From positions 1-7,881 of the forward strand of contig JAKSVZ010000023.1 in the NCBI GenBank assembly GCA_024407725.1: a stretch of 7,881 bases of DNA, read 5' to 3'. Shown here piece by piece: positions 6,057 to 7,881 of the stretch. How positions within the stretch are numbered: position 1 is the first letter of the stretch; each line of letters opens with the position of its first letter. A program made the position numbers and the translations under genes. The notes beneath the pieces are model-generated. The model was not told the DNA's origin and did no database searches. It saw nothing but the letters and a program-made list of their open reading frames with translations. The DNA is from Opitutales bacterium (lineage in GTDB: Bacteria > Verrucomicrobiota > Verrucomicrobiia > Opitutales > UBA9783).

Positions 6057-6767
6057 GTGAATACAGAACTGATCGGTTGGAAAGGGAAGACGTGGAATCC
6101 CGTTACCGGCTGCACGAAAATAAGCGAAGGCTGTATGCATTGCTACGCCGAACGGATGGCAAAACGCCTTTGTTTAATGGGGCAAAAGAAGTACAGCCAT
6201 GGATTTGCAGTTACCGTACACCCCGAGAGCTTAAACGAACCTTTGCAATGGAAACGCTCTCTGTCGATCTTTACCTGCTCCATGAGCGATTTGTTCCATG
6301 AACAGGTGCCCGAAGCTTTTATCTTGCAGGTATTCCGCGTGATGAACCAAGCCCATTGGCATACATTTCAGGTATTAACGAAGCGAGCAGAACGCTTGGC
6401 GCAAGTAGCTCCTAAGATAACTTGGACTCGCAATATCTGGATGGGCGTAACAGTAGAATCTCAAGCGCAAACCAAGCGTATCCCTTATTTGGCATCGGTC
6501 AATGCCGCTGTTCGTTGGTTGTGTATTGAACCGATGGTAAGTGCTATCCCATCCCTAGATTTGCGCGCTATTCACTGGGTAATTTTGGGAGGCGAAAGTG
6601 GTCCCTTTGCGCGCCCACTTCCAGAAGATTGGGTTGTCGGTGTACGCGACCAATGCGTGGCCAACAACGTACCTTTTTATTTTAAACAATGGGGCGGCAC
6701 TAACCGTAAAGCTAATGGCTGTACCCTACAGGGGCAACAATGGCGCGAATTTCCTTATGTCCTGTAA
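6057..6767 (+). CDS. DUF5131 / phage Gp37-Gp68 family protein (three-Cys motif)
   Basis: 236 aa with a GTG start 4 nt after the lpxI stop. The N-terminus GKTWNPVTGCTKISEGCMHCYAERMAKR is the characteristic TWNPxxGC-x6-C-x2-CYA block of this family (C19, C26, C29). Confidence 0.85.
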   Translation: MNTELIGWKGKTWNPVTGCTKISEGCMHCYAERMAKRLCLMGQKKYSHGFAVTVHPESLNEPLQWKRSLSIFTCSMSDLFHEQVPEAFILQVFRVMNQAHWHTFQVLTKRAERLAQVAPKITWTRNIWMGVTVESQAQTKRIPYLASVNAAVRWLCIEPMVSAIPSLDLRAIHWVILGGESGPFARPLPEDWVVGVRDQCVANNVPFYFKQWGGTNRKANGCTLQGQQWREFPYVL

Positions 6768-6773
6768 CGGGAC

Positions 6774-6805
6774 AAAAATAAAAAATCCGACAAACCTGTG
6801 TCCGA
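6774..6805 (-). terminator. Candidate intrinsic terminator for paralog 2
   Basis: In minus sense: UCGGACA-CAGGUU-UGUCGGA (7-position stem with one G:G mismatch) followed directly by UUUUUUAUUUUU. The stem is weak, hence the low confidence. Confidence 0.35.
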
Positions 6806-6815
6806 CTTGAAAGGC

Positions 6816-6832
6816 AAGGGGACATACCCCTT
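6816..6832. other. GC-rich hairpin AAGGGG-ACATA-CCCCTT in the convergent intergenic region
   Basis: Exact 6-bp stem, starting 9 nt after the paralog 2 stop in minus sense. No adjacent U-run on either strand. Possibly a 3' UTR stabiliser or part of a bidirectional stop. Confidence 0.3.
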
Positions 6833-6841
6833 CAATAGTGC

Positions 6842-7810
6842 TTAGAACGTCCGACCTACGCCCAAATAGATTTGGTCGGAATGCATACTGGCCAACTTCG
6901 GGATTTCGTACCCGTAGCATTTTGCACCAAACATCTGATGCAAGCCGATATGGCGATAGCCGACTTCGAATAGCGTCTCAAACTTTTCTGCGCGTACAAA
7001 CAGGGTGAAGTTATACAACAATGAGCCGGAATGGACGTACTTACTCCTTCTTATCGGATTATTACCATAACCATACCACATAAAGTGCCGATGGCCGGTA
7101 GGATCAACGCCTATATCCAATACACGCCATCTTTCAAAGGTAGTAAATTTGGTGCAAACATAAGCGCCGCCAAGTCCTCCGCCGATCCCTGCGGATAACC
7201 AATCCAAAATATACTGTTCCCAATAAAAATTGGCCTGTATCCCTGCAATTCGTTGATTTTTTAGATACATTGGAACAATATGAGCCATATGTAACATTCC
7301 CCAATCCGTATATTGCACCCTAAGGAAATCTGGGCGTTCTATATTGATATGATCCATATCATCATAATTGAGTTGAGGCCCTGCTAAGTGAGGTTCAACC
7401 CTATCGCGTTGTTTTCTCCCTAAATTGGCATAGCCGCCGAGGATTTCCACTTCGATCCCTAAAGCCCCTATATCGAAGATATCAAAACGTCCACCGAGCG
7501 CTACCGATAGGTTTTTGTGACCCTTGTACTCAAAGCGTCCTGCGCTACAATTGGTATTGCGTACAAAAGTATTCGATGGGCTAAAAACCACAGTATCTGG
7601 ATCTTCGTGATGGGCACGCGGATCAATCCATTCGGTAGCCTCCCACGTTGGCAACGTACCTTGTTGTTTTTCGAAGCTACCGATATCACCATCTGGCTTT
7701 AGCTCGCCAAAACCACTACGTACCATGACGTACAGACCATAACAGGGGGTGTGGATTCCTAAAGCAATGCTTAGGGCTAATAAAATGCTTACTTTTTTAG
7801 TTGTTCTCAT
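6842..7810 (-). CDS. Outer-membrane beta-barrel protein, paralog 2
   Basis: 322 aa. Signal peptide MRTTKKVSILLALSIALGIHTPCYG. The N-terminal GLYVMVRSGFGELK, the central NLSVALGGRFD, KNQRIAG.QAN.YWEQYILDWLS.GIGGG.GGAYVCTKFTT, and the last 66 aa (63/66 identical) are shared with paralog 1. C-terminal GVGRTF. Confidence 0.75.
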   Translation of the reverse strand: MRTTKKVSILLALSIALGIHTPCYGLYVMVRSGFGELKPDGDIGSFEKQQGTLPTWEATEWIDPRAHHEDPDTVVFSPSNTFVRNTNCSAGRFEYKGHKNLSVALGGRFDIFDIGALGIEVEILGGYANLGRKQRDRVEPHLAGPQLNYDDMDHINIERPDFLRVQYTDWGMLHMAHIVPMYLKNQRIAGIQANFYWEQYILDWLSAGIGGGLGGAYVCTKFTTFERWRVLDIGVDPTGHRHFMWYGYGNNPIRRSKYVHSGSLLYNFTLFVRAEKFETLFEVGYRHIGLHQMFGAKCYGYEIPKLASMHSDQIYLGVGRTF

Positions 7811-7881
7811 ATAAGAAGTACCTATGTAAGAAGTACCTATGTAAGAAGTACCTATGTAAGAAGTACCTATGTAAGAAGTAC
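7804..7881 (-). repeat. At least four perfect tandem 15-nt units plus a degenerate unit containing the paralog 2 start codon; truncated by the window end
   Basis: The plus-strand unit TACCTATGTAAGAAG sits at 7819, 7834, 7849 and 7864, all identical, and a fifth begins at 7879. In gene sense the unit is CTTCTTACATAGGTA. The start-containing unit CTTCTTATATGAGAA (7818->7804) matches it at 11/15. Confidence 0.95.

Noticed and set aside
154-7702. Short overlapping or antisense track ORFs: 154-477, 428-646, 947-1324, 1059-1289, 1279-1470, 1777-1959, 2203-2409, 2409-2600, 4131-4355, 5318-5503, 5425-5658, 5500-5703, 5691-5987, 5705-5923, 6077-6301, 6598-6810, 6726-6920, 7501-7692, 7517-7702
   Set aside because: All lie within, or antisense to, longer ORFs that have clear family signatures. 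Their translations are low-complexity or Arg/Cys/Ser-rich shadow sequence with no motifs.

Overview
The window looks like chromosomal, mostly housekeeping DNA from a diderm (Gram-negative-type) bacterium. It uses the standard code: TGA, TAA and TAG all terminate clear genes. All calls rest on reading the ORF translations and the nucleotide sequence by eye and on remembered family motifs. No searches were run and I cannot assign a taxon.

Gene order:
- 2-76 (+): 3' tail of an unidentified ORF.
- 170-1306 (+): protein with a C-terminal PD-(D/E)XK nuclease domain.
- Minus strand, running from 3077 down to 1272: tRNA-Gln(UUG), sufS, sufU. The sufU 3' end overlaps the nuclease gene tail.
- 3214-4096 (+): an 84-aa SemiSWEET/PQ-loop membrane protein whose stop overlaps the start of a thiamine pyrophosphokinase.
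- 4117-4965 (-): outer-membrane beta-barrel paralog 1.
- 5216-6767 (+): lpxI followed 4 nt later by a DUF5131 (phage Gp37/Gp68-type, three-Cys) gene.
- 6842-7810 (-): outer-membrane beta-barrel paralog 2.

The most unusual signal is that each OMP paralog has its start codon embedded in the last unit of a perfect 15-nt tandem array. The unit sequences differ between the two genes. Upstream units carry a one-substitution variant of ATG in phase (ACG in one gene, ATA in the other). Each unit has a self-complementary core, so neighbouring units can pair as hairpins in the mRNA sense. I have not seen this iterated initiation-region architecture described, and it is a candidate expression-variation or translational-control device for a surface protein family.

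The second notable item is the SemiSWEET-thiamine pyrophosphokinase pair, which may be a thiamine uptake and trapping module. I did not recognise any defence island, mobile element or CRISPR array.
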